Notes under the pieces: generated by a model
Databases searched by the model: none
What the model was told of the DNA's origin: nothing
What the model saw: only the letters and a program-made list of their open reading frames with translations
Program-made: the position numbers and the translations under genes
NCBI GenBank assembly: GCA_964035545.1
Contig: OZ037767.1
Coordinates: 22,336,628 to 22,400,627 of the forward strand
DNA from: Bugula neritina
Lineage: Eukaryota > Animalia > Bryozoa
Direction: 5' to 3'
Length of the DNA: 64,000 nucleotides
In this document: piece by piece, positions 31,687-44,700 of the stretch
Layout of the letters: every line of letters starts with the position of its first letter
How positions within the stretch are numbered: the first letter of the stretch is position 1

Positions 31687-34600
31687 TTAAAGGCGGTAAG
31701 CTTCCAGGTTATTTATTACATTTGAGCAAAAGTTTGCATGCTTTTCAACTGTTTTAGCAGCATTTTACCCAATTTCTTATACGAAAACACTACAAAAATG
31801 TAAGTAAAAGTGGTCATATTAGGTGTCTTAGACTTGCCCAGACTTGCCCGCGAGCGTGCCCTCCGTGACGTGGGGATGGCAAAATAGCCCAATTGTAGCG
31901 TGAGTTTATATCGCGTAAAGTTATTAAGAAGCGGGTTTGTCACAGATTCTCGTTATTCGTAGCTCAAATCACATGAATGTTACTCTTCGGGCGGCTACTA
32001 ATAACTAACGTTAGCTACGCAACATCAAGAAAGGTAACTAATTTAACTGTTTTCAAATGGACTATTCCATTTCGCTAGTTTGTAACTTGCTGTAAATCAC
32101 AAAATAATTATTTTCCCTATTTTAATTTCAATTATCATGTCGACCACACTACCAGAAAATTACTCTTAAATATGCAGTAAATGATGATTTTCAACCGTTT
32201 TGTGATGAATTATAGGTTAGTAGTTGTCTACGTAAAACCAAGTTTTGAAATTTGTAACTAAATCAGTGAATCACAGTATCAGTATGAGTGTCACTAGTCT
32301 AACTCTATTTCTATGACATTGACTCTCACTCTAAGTCTATGACTATCGCCTATTGGTGAACTATTATTAATAATATTCAATGGTTATATTTATTAATACT
32401 ATTATTAGTCATAATGATAATCATATGACAGTATCAGTATGTTAATGTTACGGAGCAGGATCAGTTTCGAAACTAATACTTTAACTTATACTTATAGTTA
32501 TAATATTAGTTATAACTATAAGTATAACTATAACTATAAGTTATACCGATAGCTATATTAATATAAATATTTATATTCATAGTAATACTAATAGCAAATG
32601 TAATATTATTATGTTGATAGTTATACTTGTAAGTTATAATATAAAGCAAACGACACAAGTATTAATTTCAATTTGAACTGCTGGTCTTGAAATAAAAAGT
32701 GAAATAAATATAAATAATAAAATATAAATTATAATAATTTAATTATACTAATACTTATACAGAAATATAATTATAATAAATTTATAAAACTTAAACAACT
32801 TTTAATTTAAGGAACAACTTTAAATACAAACATAAAGATAATATTAAATAATTATAATCATAATGATCATAACAATAAATATAATTATGATTCCAATAAT
32901 TATCAATATATTATATAATATTTATTGCAAGTGAAAGTTAGTTATTCTCCGCCAGCTGCATGAATGTGACTGGTAAATTTTGTAACCTTTGGCAGTAATA
33001 ACTTTGTAGCATAAATTAGACACATTTTTATGAAAATACATAATTTTAATGCTATAGCTGCTAGTAATTCTAATGGGTGTAATAATATTACTTTCACCAG
33101 CATTAATTTTTACTTTGTTCATCTCTTCATAAAGCATTTTCTAAATCCTTTTTTGAATAAATATACATATAATGTGCTGAATAGATTACATATGTTGGGG
33201 TTCTTCCTATACTGCAGCTCAGCCTACACTCTCCCCCCCCCCCCACAAATGTTCCTAAACTACTAGCTTCATCAGGATACAGATTGATGGAGCTGTATTG
33301 ATAAAAACTTCTCTTTTTAGCAGTAGAGGCATCATGAAAAAAAAGGCAAGTATTTTACTCAATAAGAATTCGGTTTTTTACTTCTACAAATTTGATAGCC
33401 TACACGATTCTATTTAAATGGAAACTGGTCTGACATAATGTGTCTGCAATTTATTAGTTATAATATAGTAAATACTATGCAGGCCTATAGATCAAATGGC
33501 TCAAAAAAAATTAAATAAAACATTACACAATGCTGTATTTATTAGCAATGTAATACTTAGCAACTAATTTCACATTATTATTGTTTGCAAAGTTTCATAC
33601 ATCTACATATGTTTGTTCAATTCAGTGTTCTGAAGTAGAAGGTTCCAACAGCAGGGAAAAGCCTTGAACAAGATATTATGTTCTACATCTCCAACTCATT
33701 TTAACTTTGCTGGTCAGTTCATTGTGTATCTGGAGCATAGTTTTGTATTTTCAAGTAGTCCATCAGATAACTTTGTAGATAGTAAAGATTAAAATGCTTG
33801 TGCAATGATGTCCATAATGTTGAACCGATTTATTGAAACTAAAACTGTTCTTAATTATAACAAAACTTGACAATCTTTACATAAAGAATAATGTCCTATA
33901 ATCTATCTTCATTGTAAACAAAATTAGAAAGTTCCACACCAGCAAAATGTTAATCATCATCTGTAGGTGGAAGACGCGTGCACTCAGTTATAAAGGCAAG
34001 CTGACGGTGGTTTTCTTTGCCTTCTATGAAGATTTGGAAAGAGCCAGAAAATTAATACTCTATAACTGCAAAACCATGTTGTAGTGTCTTATGTTATTGA
34101 TTGAATCATCTAAAAGAAAAATTGTTGTATCATTATAATTTTACTGTTAATGAATTAGCAAATCTACTTATCTTGGTAAATATATTCAAGAACAAATACT
34201 ATAGTGTAACTCAGTTTTGGTTATGTGTATGCTCCTTAAGCGAATTTACAGCAGATATCAAACTATATATTAGAGACTGATATAGGAATTACATTTAAGC
34301 TAACCATGATGATGTAAATAGCTGTTGTATGTGACTTCGAGAACTCTGCTGGCCATGTCAGTTCAATTACACCAGGGTGATCTGTTACGAATCTCATGTC
34401 ATTATTGAAATTCAGCTTTTTCAAGTGCCTCTTCACAACTCTGGCAGCATTCTGACTGCTCCTTAGCTTTCTGCACCTGAACTTTCTTCTACTTGCACCA
34501 TTCTTCTATTGGTGGAATGTTAGCCTATAACAAACAGGTGTACCAAAGCTAAAAAAAATATCTAATTCAATGCACTAGGATATTATTCAACTCATTTAAA

Positions 34601-35800
34601 TTTAATATATAGCAGTAAAACAATTACATAATTGTATTTATTTTATCAGCTTTACTTTACAAAGCTGAACCATATAATTTAGTAACTTGTCATCATAATA
34701 AACTTTGTACAACATACAAATTGAAAACCTGATGTGATTGCTTTTTTAATAGAATATACATCAAAAACATGTTACTTTGATAAGCGTGTTTATAATAAAA
34801 GTATTAAACCAGTTTAAAAAAAATTATTTTGTTATATAAGGGATCACAAAACTAAATCATTTTAGACCTGTAGCTCAATGTTCCTCAAGCAACGGGCTGC
34901 TATGACTAATTAATTTTCTATCATTGCATTTGACTGTTCTACTCATAGTGTATTGGCGAGTTAAAATTATTGGTAATTTAATGTATATTTTAGCTACCTC
35001 TGTACAATCAATGTCATAGTAATATCAATTAGGTTTTAAATTTCACTGAGTTTATAGTAAATTATTGCAATCGGTACATAACATTTGGCTAGTTCTCTAG
35101 TTCATTAAATAACCATACGAACTTAAATTTACAACATGAAAAAACACACAAAGCAAAATTAAAATAATCATATTATGAACCAATGTAATTGATAAGCGAT
35201 AATGCTGTTGTAAAACATAAATTATCAAATTGAAATAGTTATTATTACTATTAGTATTACTATCATTATAACAACTATAACTATTATTAGTATTACTATT
35301 ACTATTAGTATTAGCATTAGTAGTAAAAAATGAGTAGAGTTCAACATATACAATCTAGTTCACAGTTACTATAAAAGTAGAAGTAGAACTTTTAAAACTA
35401 TTATCTCCATCATTATCAGAACTATGAGTAATACTAGTACAGTACTAGTAGTTGTACTAATAGTAATACTAGTTATTAATACTAAAAGACAATAGTAATA
35501 GTATCACTATGAGTATGATACTTGGGCTGGCAGTGATTATCACTATCAGCATCATCATAGTGATAGTCAAAAGTTACAAGAATTAGAAGCCATATTCATA
35601 TTGATATTCTCATTGAGTTATGCACAGTCATATTCATAGTAATAGTCAATCACTGATTGAGTTAATGTCATAGTGATACTCATACTCATAATTAATTTGC
35701 ACGATACTCATACTCATAGTGATAGTGATACGTCACCGTGAATTTCAATTTAATAATAATTTTAATTTAATATTAAAGTGATATTAATTATTAATATTAT
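31687..35800. mobile_element. Probable decayed DNA transposon (family uncertain; TTAA|AGG left end is Kolobok-like)
   Basis: TTAA-AGG start, GC-rich subterminal block 31830-32030, mirrored AT-rich tracts (32270-32900 and 35200-35800), stop-riddled coding-like text on - at about 33200-34530 (e.g. ANIPPIEEWCK*KKVQVQKAKEQSECCQSCEEALEK). No matching right TIR found. Confidence 0.3.
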
Positions 35801-36538
35801 CATTGAATCATTCATTGTTGCTAATATTATGTCTTACTCTTAGTCTAACAGCAGCTCTATAAAGAAGTTAAACATAACTGATAACAAAACACATTTAAAA
35901 AATAATACTGTAACAATCAATATAATGCATATCAATATGAATATGCTAGCAACCTAATTTTCAGCCCACTTCATTAACTTTCTGTGCAGTATTGTGAATT
36001 GTGATAAAATAAATTTATTAATGGTGACCTTGACATCTTCGTCCAAATGCCTTTCACGTCAAGCCCCGAACCAATTTGTAAAAATTTTGGATTTTTTACT
36101 TTTGATTATTTTTTACGAAAAGAGCTTCAAAATAAATTTAAAAAAAAGTGAGCTGTTGTCCACATGAAAAGAAATATATGAGTTAATTTTCTAAATTCAG
36201 GAAGTTACCAGAGGATCACAATATTTTTTTAAAAAAATCTTCATTTTCACGACAAGCTCTATATATTAATATAGAAAAATAGAAGACAACTCTTCTTTCA
36301 GATTTTTCATGTGCCACGGTCACGTCAATCTCAGTGCTATTAACACATATATTTTAATTCATTTTTTCTGGTATATTGAGTTGAGATTTTTTGTATATAT
36401 TTTGTGAATGCAACTAAAAAAGTATGATCTTTTAATTAACAGTAATTGATTTTATCAAAATAACCTGGATGCCTACGATGTTTAAATTTAAGCTACAAAA
36501 AGTTTTGCCAAAACAACATTTCAGAATAATTATACACA

Positions 36539-39165
36539 TTTGTTTGTTTGTTTGTTTGTTTTCTTTATTTCCATCAAAAAAAAACAAAGGGACAAAAAAA
36601 TACAAATATAGAACAGTAGCACAAAAAGAGCTAAATTCAATTTATATATAATATCAATCGAAGTCAAGATGGGGGCCCATGTGCTCAGTAGCATAGCTAT
36701 TCAAGGAGCGGGGCCCAAGTGGCAGTTGAAAAAAATAGTGGGAACTATTTATTCAGATTAAGTTAAAGATTTTAGTAGGTGCTTTTTCAACAATATTTTA
36801 AATGTGGCAAAGCTTTGATGATGTCTTAAAGTCAGAGGTAGTTTATTCCAATTGCTAGACATCTGGTAGGACACTTGACGATGACCTGCTGCAGAGGTAG
36901 AGAGAGGTAAGGGAAAGGAAAGTTCAGAATGTCTGGTGAGGTAAGTTGGTTGTTGTTTGGTGTGAGATGGAGTATAATAAGCTGAATGACCAAGAAGACA
37001 TAGGCGGTAGATATACAAGAGATCAATAGGAAGAATTTCTGCTTTGATAAATAGAGGTGACGTGTGTTCAGTAGGTGATTTGTGGAAAATAATGCGAATA
37101 ATGCGTTTTTGAATTAAAAGCAACTTGTTCAGATGGGTTTTAGGGGCATTTCCCCAGGCTTCTAAGCAATATGTAAGTTTGCTGTTTATCAGACTGTTAT
37201 ATAATAAAATCAAAGCTTTGTATGGTAAAAACTTTGAAGCTAAGTATATCATACCAGTTACTTTGTTGAGCTGAGTCCTTAAAGAATTTATATGAGCACA
37301 CCAGTTTAAGTTAATGTCAATGATTACACCTAAAAATTTTATTTCTGAGCTAGGTGAGAGAGGTATATTGTCAATATGGATGGTACTGTTAAGTACAAAA
37401 TTCTTTTGGTAGTTTTTAACAATGATATAGTTTGTTTTCGTTAAGTTTAGAGTTAGTTTGTTTGCAATGCACCAGTTATTAACTTTATTTAGTGAGGAGT
37501 TTATATTTCCAATATCAGCATTTAAATCTTTGCTCTTCCAAAAAAGATTTGTGTCGTCGGCAAACAGAATAGTATCAAATAAAGGACAATGGGTAGCTAA
37601 ATCATTTATGTACAGCAAAAAGAGCACAGGGCCCAAGATAGAGCCCTGGGGAACTCCACAGGTGATATGCAAGGAATTGGATATACTGTTCTTTATTATA
37701 ACATGCTGTGTTCGATTGGTCAAGTAGTTTTGGATTAAACTTATGGAGTGAGAATCAAAATTGTAATCTCGTAGTTTCTGTAGCAAAATATTGTGGTTGA
37801 TTGTATCGAATGCTTTTGAGAAATCAATGAAAATACCCAATATTACTGATGAGTCATTAAGTGCTTTGAAGGATTGGTCTGAAAACTTAAACAGTGCGTC
37901 TTGTGCACCCTTCTTCTGTTGGAAGCCAAATTGAGAAACCGACAAAATTTTGTGTAGGTTTAAATGTTCATTTAATTGCTTGCAGATTATTTTTTCAAGT
38001 ATTTTAGAGTAAACTGGAAGTATTGAGATAGGCCGATAATTACTACGTAAAAGTTTGTCACCTTTATTTTTGTAAAATGGCAAAATCTTGGCTACTTTCA
38101 GTTCATTAGGAATGACACCTGATTTAATTATCAAGTTTATAATATGTGTGAGAGGCTGACAAAGGTAAGTTGCACTTTGTTTAACTAGCCTCGCTGGGAT
38201 CAAGTCTAAGCCTTCTGATTTATTTTCATTCAAATTTTTTAGTTCAGTTAAAACTCTGTTTTTGTCTACCAGCTGAAAATAAAATGAAGGACAATCTTTG
38301 GCATTGACTGGGATCTCAGGAACACTTGGTATTTTATCGGCTAAGTTCTTTCCAATGTTAGTGAAATAATTGTTTATATAGTTTGCTATTTCTGTATGGT
38401 GGGTAATGATTTCTGAGTCGGCTTTTAGCTTTACTGGGAAGCTTGGAGAGGTTGATTTTCTTCCACAAGCATTGTTGATTGTATTCCAAAGCTTTCTGGA
38501 GTCTGCTTGGTTAGAAATCAGCTTATCATAGTAGTTATACTTGGCTTGTTTAATTAAGGTTGATACTTTGTTTCTTTGCTTAATGTAGGCTTGCTTAAGT
38601 TTTGGGCTGTATGGAAAAGCTTTGTGTTGTGAAAAAAGCCTGTCTTTTTTGTGAATTTCTTTTTTTAAACGATCCGTGATCCAGTTATTCACCTTTTTTC
38701 TATTGAAATGGAAAGTATTTTCTTGAAAAGGTGCCAATTTGTTAAATATATGAGATGTTTCGTTCAAGAAATTTCTGTATGCTACTATTGGATCATTATG
38801 TTTTAATACTAAATTGCTCCAGTCACAGTTTTGAATCTCTTGTTTTAGCTGTATATCACAAAGTGATCTATAACTGCGTCTTTTGAAGGTTTGAGATTTA
38901 GGTTGCACAAGATTCTCAAAAAAGGCAAATACCGGAAAGTGATCTGAGATATCTTTATCAAGTGTACCACTAATGACGTTACTACTGTAGAAATTTATGG
39001 CTATGTGATCTATACAAGAGCTAGAGGTTTGGGTAGTGCGAGTTGGGTGCTTTATTAAATGAGTGTAGCTGTATTGATGTAATAGGTCAGTGTAGCTATC
39101 AGATTCTTGCTTAAGTATATTAATATTAATATCACCAGTGATAATGTGATTGTGATCAGCATTTA
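36539..39165 (-). mobile_element. 5'-truncated non-LTR retrotransposon (LINE, CR1/L2 group, Crack/Daphne-like)
   Basis: ORF2 with C-terminal APE motifs (IITGDININ, PTR..SCIDH, SDHFPVF) and RT; 3' UTR with a stem-loop; (CAAA)n tail (tttg repeats at 36539-36562); 5' end falls inside the endonuclease domain. Confidence 0.9.
36758..39165 (-). CDS. LINE ORF2 remnant: partial AP endonuclease plus reverse transcriptase, about 800 codons without a stop
   Basis: NYRPISILP, QFGF, FIDFSKAFD, GVPQGSILGP, LFADD, IKFLGV motifs. The first ~20 aa of the 820-aa ORF call probably come from flanking DNA. Confidence 0.9.
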
Positions 39166-40152
39166 AATATATTATGCAATTATTACTATAGCATTGCAAA
39201 TAAATGATATTAAAAGGCATTTGCTATAAATACCAACACAAAATGCAATTATGATTTCCCACCACAAAGACATATTAGTACAAAAGTACATTAATTTTAG
39301 ATCAAAATGTGAGTTATAAAACAACTGTAAATGAGTAATATCTACATAACATATAACACATGTCATATATATTACCACTTACAGATACATGATCACAATT
39401 CACTCTGTTTAGTAGACCCTTGATAAAATCTTTACTTTTTGTCTATTTTATATAATTCCAACTGTCAATATATTTGTTTTTAGTGATATATAAGACTAAA
39501 ATGTTCGTCAATTTATTTAGATAGTCTACAAATAGTATAAAGAATTAATTGTTTTCAACTGAAATATAACTTAGACTATATTCATGGTTTTATCTGTTAT
39601 AGTTATAACATAGGCCAAATATTTTTGAAAAATTTATAAGTGTTTCATTTTCTGTAATCACATTGTCTCCTTTTCCACACTTATTTTAAATCAGCATATA
39701 AGAATTCCACCAAATGTTATATTTTTATGAACTGCAAACCAATTGTAATTTTCAGTTTAAATTTGTGAGTGTATATGAAGTAATGTAAAATGGTCAATAT
39801 CAAGTTGGCCAATATTTTAAATTTTTATCCCGTCTAGACATCTGAACAAAAAGCTAATAAGCTAAAAAGTTCAATGATTAATTAAGCAATAATCTTATAA
39901 AAATTATAAAAGGCTGCATTTGCCAAACTTTATAGAAAAAAGACAGGAGACTGGATTTGTTCTTAAATAAATTTTGCAGATACTAGAGTCAAATGATCTG
40001 CAGACAACAATCACTAAAAAAATATTTGAGTTAAAAAACTAAAATTTTAAGGTGTTGAGATCGTTATTACTACCTTTAATCATGTCATTTTAGGGTATTT
40101 TATTGCATGACAACTGCATTTAGCTGGTAACATTTAATACATCACTCTAGAC

Positions 40153-40395
40153 CAAGGGTGAGCAACTGGGGGCCCCCAAAAGCCACCTGTGGCCCTTTGC
40201 TCAAATTTTACAGTAATCCTTGTGATGATCCAGATAAGTAAAAGTGTTATATGCATTCTGACTATCACAGTAGGATATAGCTAATTGGTAGCAGTTACCT
40301 TGTTATAATGAAATTTAATGTCTACCATCACGTTGCCCTTTGTTTTGGCTTGACTTCTGAATTTGGCCTTTTGAAAAACAAGTTTCCTACCCTTG
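40153..40395. mobile_element. hAT (Charlie-like) MITE
   Basis: TIRs caagggtgagcaact / agtttcctacccttg (12/15); perfect 8-bp TSD ctctagac at 40145-40152 and 40396-40403, matching the NTCTAGAN Charlie target preference. Confidence 0.88.
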
Positions 40396-41752
40396 CTCTA
40401 GACTTTTCTGTTTGTATTAATAGCTAGTAATATAAACTTTGTCAACTTTTAGGCAGAAATCTGAGCTGCTTCCATTCATCTCACACCATCTTACATCATT
40501 TTACATATTCACTGAATACCAGTATGCTATAGTGTGTGTATCATATTCTTAGAGCTCGAAGAAACTGTTCTTATGGCTTTTATGTCCTTGAAAGAATTCT
40601 TAGCACAAGCTGCAGGTAGCTTAATGGGTTTTTGCTTGTGTAATGTTTTTTTATAGTGTTTAATTAATTGTTAATGACAAGCTAGAGTTATCTCCTCTGT
40701 AGCAACCTTCCCTGTAGCAGACATGTCTGTGCATTTGGCTATGAATTTAGTTGGAATGAAACACATGCCAAATTGTACTGGTATGTGAAAGAACTATATA
40801 GAATACTCTTTTTAAATTGATTAGTTATTTATTGTCAACTGTATAAATAGCTCAGGTGTCCCATAAGCATTTACTAGATTAGTATAAGTTACGGCATGCA
40901 TTTAATAAGCTTGTTTCTAGTAAATTCACATCGGTATTAGCCAATATCAGCATATTTTTCATTGCACCGACAAATGTAATGTTGATTAGGCTCAAACAGT
41001 TTTTTTAAATGTATTTTAAAGTAAGAATATATGCCTCAATAACAACAGGTCTTTAGTGGCGTTAATTTCATAGAAAGTTTTTATATAGGACCTAAAATCT
41101 TAACAAACGACATATGGGTAGATATACCAGCATATCTCTATAGCTATCTATAGTTATATATGGTGACTTTATATTCAAGTAGTGGTCATCTTTCACTGTC
41201 CGAGCTACAATTGTACATCAAAAGTGGCTGTAGGCAGAAAGTGTTTTACTTTTTTCATAAAAATGGAATTACATAATGCCAACTACAATGACCTAAATTT
41301 ATTTGAAGACTCTACACTATATATAATGGGCGGTGTGTTTGTGTGTGTTTGATCTAAAACACTGATTAATATTAAGCAAAATGTAATGCTATTATTAGCT
41401 ATTTATCATATGCCACCTTATTCAGTACATTGAATGGCATTAAAACTTAGTTATTAACATTTGTAAGAAATCATTTATTTTACAAAAGTCTTTAATTTAA
41501 TTAAGCTGTTATTTGCATTTTAAAACTAATTGATTAGCAAACGCCTTCTTAGCCTCTCTTAGCTCTTATATACACTCACAATATCTCCCATATCAAACTG
41601 CTATTCTACGATAGCTGACTGATTCAATTTATGTTTTGGTGTCATAGAAGCACCATAATATGTGTAAGGCATGAATATCCTCATTAATATTGATAACAGT
41701 ATTATTAATATTAAAATTGACCACAACACAACCAGTCAACTTTACTATTTAT

Positions 41753-44700
41753 TTAAAAGTTTATTTCATCAAGCAGAAAATCACCACAAGCTGGAAAGTT
41801 TGGAGGTATTGTATCTTTCACACTCTCCCCATCCACGTCAAACACCATGGCCATGCCTGTCATATTTATAAGCAGAATTAAAAAAGTAACAAAGAAAATT
41901 CTCAAATATTAGAATATATTACATCATTGATTATTATAGGTAATGCTATAATGCTACTATATGATGTCACCATGATGCCACTGCAACTATGTATAATATA
42001 CTGCTTTATTACCACAGCAATAACATATCGTTTTATTCAAGTTCTTGTACTACCAGCTATTTGCGAAATAATAATTATGTTTTATAGGTATAGTAGGTTT
42101 TCTCACCTAAATGGAGATGAGCAGCTTGATGACAGTGAGCCAACCAGTAACCAGGATTATCTGTGTATATCCTGACCACAGCATATCCACCAACTGGTAT
42201 GAGAAGATTATCTTTCAGAGGTGGTCTGTCTACAGTGATGTTTCTAAGCTCTTCTTTCATCCAATGAGCATCATAACATAAATCATTTGAGCAGTTGATA
42301 TCAACTTTGACTGAAAAAAATTGTTTTTTGCATGATTTTTCATAGTTGATGTTGTGTTAATATAAGTTTTGTTTTGTTTAAAATGTTTTAGTCATTAAGT
42401 TTTTACTAGTTTTTATAAACTAAATAAACCATGAAGCAATTTTTAAGCAACACGTAGGCCTACTATAATTTTAAATTTATATTTTATTTTTTGTGAAAAA
42501 ATTCAGAGTAGCTAGTTTATCATTTGAGATTTAGTAATAGTTCAACATTTTTATAAAAAAACGCCTGAGGCAGGTATCACTGACTATCTATGTGCATACT
42601 TCACTTATTAACAAACCGTACACAAAAAGTAAACAAACACGTTCAATGCTTTTCTAATTGTGGTAATGTATACTTACATCTGGATCGACTTAGTCCAGTA
42701 GCATTGTCCTTGATTGGGTAAGCCACCTTTAACACAGCAAATCTGTATCCATGCATGTGCCAGGTGTGTAAATACTTCATAAGGACAGTGTGAGTGATGA
42801 CCATTTGTATAATACTCTAAAGAAATTTGCAAAAACAATCATGATATCTGTTCTATAAGCAAATCTGGTATTCCTACTGCGACAATACCATTTTTTCAAA
42901 AACTGAATCAAAATACATAAACGAGAGACAATAAATTATATAATTTTATTATTGGGAGAGATAAAGAAAAACCAAGAAGTAATTTGTAAACAGTTGAGAA
43001 ACTTACATTCACTGGTAGTTTGTCAACATGAGTACATTGGCAATGCTGGTGATTACAGATTTCTGGTATGCATGCCACACCTGTCATATTATATGGGTCT
43101 TGAAAAAAGTTGCTTTCAGGTAAAACAAGAGAGCGTCCATTTATGGTGTGGCCTATCAGTGAGGTATAAGCATAGAATCTCTCTGTTATGTTATCACCTC
43201 TAAAAAGTACAGATCGATATTATTACACCAAAATGTAAAAGTTGCAATATTATTGTTATTAATGAGCAACAATTATATTTCAACATCACATAGTAATGCT
43301 TGACAAAACTAATGAGCTTAAATATGTGGCCAAAGGTACTTGTTTTGTTAGATGCAAGGAAAACTTGTTCCGCTTGCCTTTTAAATTAACAGAAACCTTA
43401 AGGACCAACATTACAATATATCAGAACAATAATTGCTAAAAGCTCTTAAAAAAATTCAAATGTTGCACAGCTCAAAGAAGAAGGCACCATCTCACCATCA
43501 AATAGTAAACTATTGGCTTTTAAAAGATTTCATGCAAAGCGAATTATAAGTTACCACCTGATCTGGTCAATTTCTGCTTCATGGTAGCTGGTAGAGTTCA
43601 GCTCATGCATAGGAATGCATATCCAGCCAGTAACAGCATGGAAAGGGCAGTTCACTGCGACACACTCGTCATTCTCATGACAGACTTTGGGGGAGGTGAT
43701 TGGATCTGCAGAGGAGTTGGTGTAGGAGAGGATGGAGTAGCCACGAGATGTTTGTATCTTGTCTGGAGCTCTGAACCTCACCCAGTAGTTACCTTTAGAA
43801 GTAATGAACAGAGAGTTCCGAGAAATTATTATGCAGTTTTATAGTAAAGCAAAACTTACAATATTTCATATCTAAAGGCTTAGTTTAGGTTAATTTGCAT
43901 CAACACAAACAAACATTGTAAACAGACTTAGAGAGAAACATTCGTAAAAGCCTGTCTATGCCTGCAGCCAGTTATGGCCCGAGTTCTAGTGTAAAAAAGA
44001 CTACAAAAATGTTTAGAGTTTAAACTTTAAGCAATGGGCAGTATGCAAATTTTTATTAGCACAATCTGAGTAAACTCTGACAAAACTGTGTACATACCTG
44101 GAGGCTGATCTGCCTTTACCAGAACGTTGACTCTCTCTCCAATTGCTAAAAATACTGAATCAACAACCACAGGCTCAATTTCACAACTGTCTACTCCTAC
44201 CAGTGTTAGCTTGTGACCATCTATCGAAAACTAAAATGGCATCAATAATTTTCATCAATATTTTATTAGTAAAGTTTATAATAATTTCACACCAACATTA
44301 GCAAGCAAAATCTTTTGTGGAGTGCGAATTTACTTAGAACATCTTTAAAAAGAAAACATTACATTGACATCATGCCCTGAAGTAAATTTACCCGTTGTAT
44401 AAAACGTAAGCGATGTTTAAACTTTTGCTTCTGCTTGAGTCAAATTAAATTGGCCAATTAATACTATTTGGCAAGTTGTTTTAAATTTTCTACACAATCT
44501 TAAGCGTGCTAGAAATTAAAACCCAAGATGAAAGATTTCTTTAGTATATGTAAATAATTTACAGCTATATAAGTAAATATCAGCATGTTATTACCAGGTA
44601 TGTGTGAGCATACGTTTCAAACAATTCAACACATGTTATGCTACATACAATAATGTAAGAACTTTATAAAACATTAATTTTCGTAGTTTTATAACACAAT

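Noticed and set aside
36020-36335. Possible small MITE with weak TIRs (ggtgaccttgacat / atgtgccacggtcac)
   Set aside because: TIR match too weak and no clear TSD; cannot be supported without other genomic copies.
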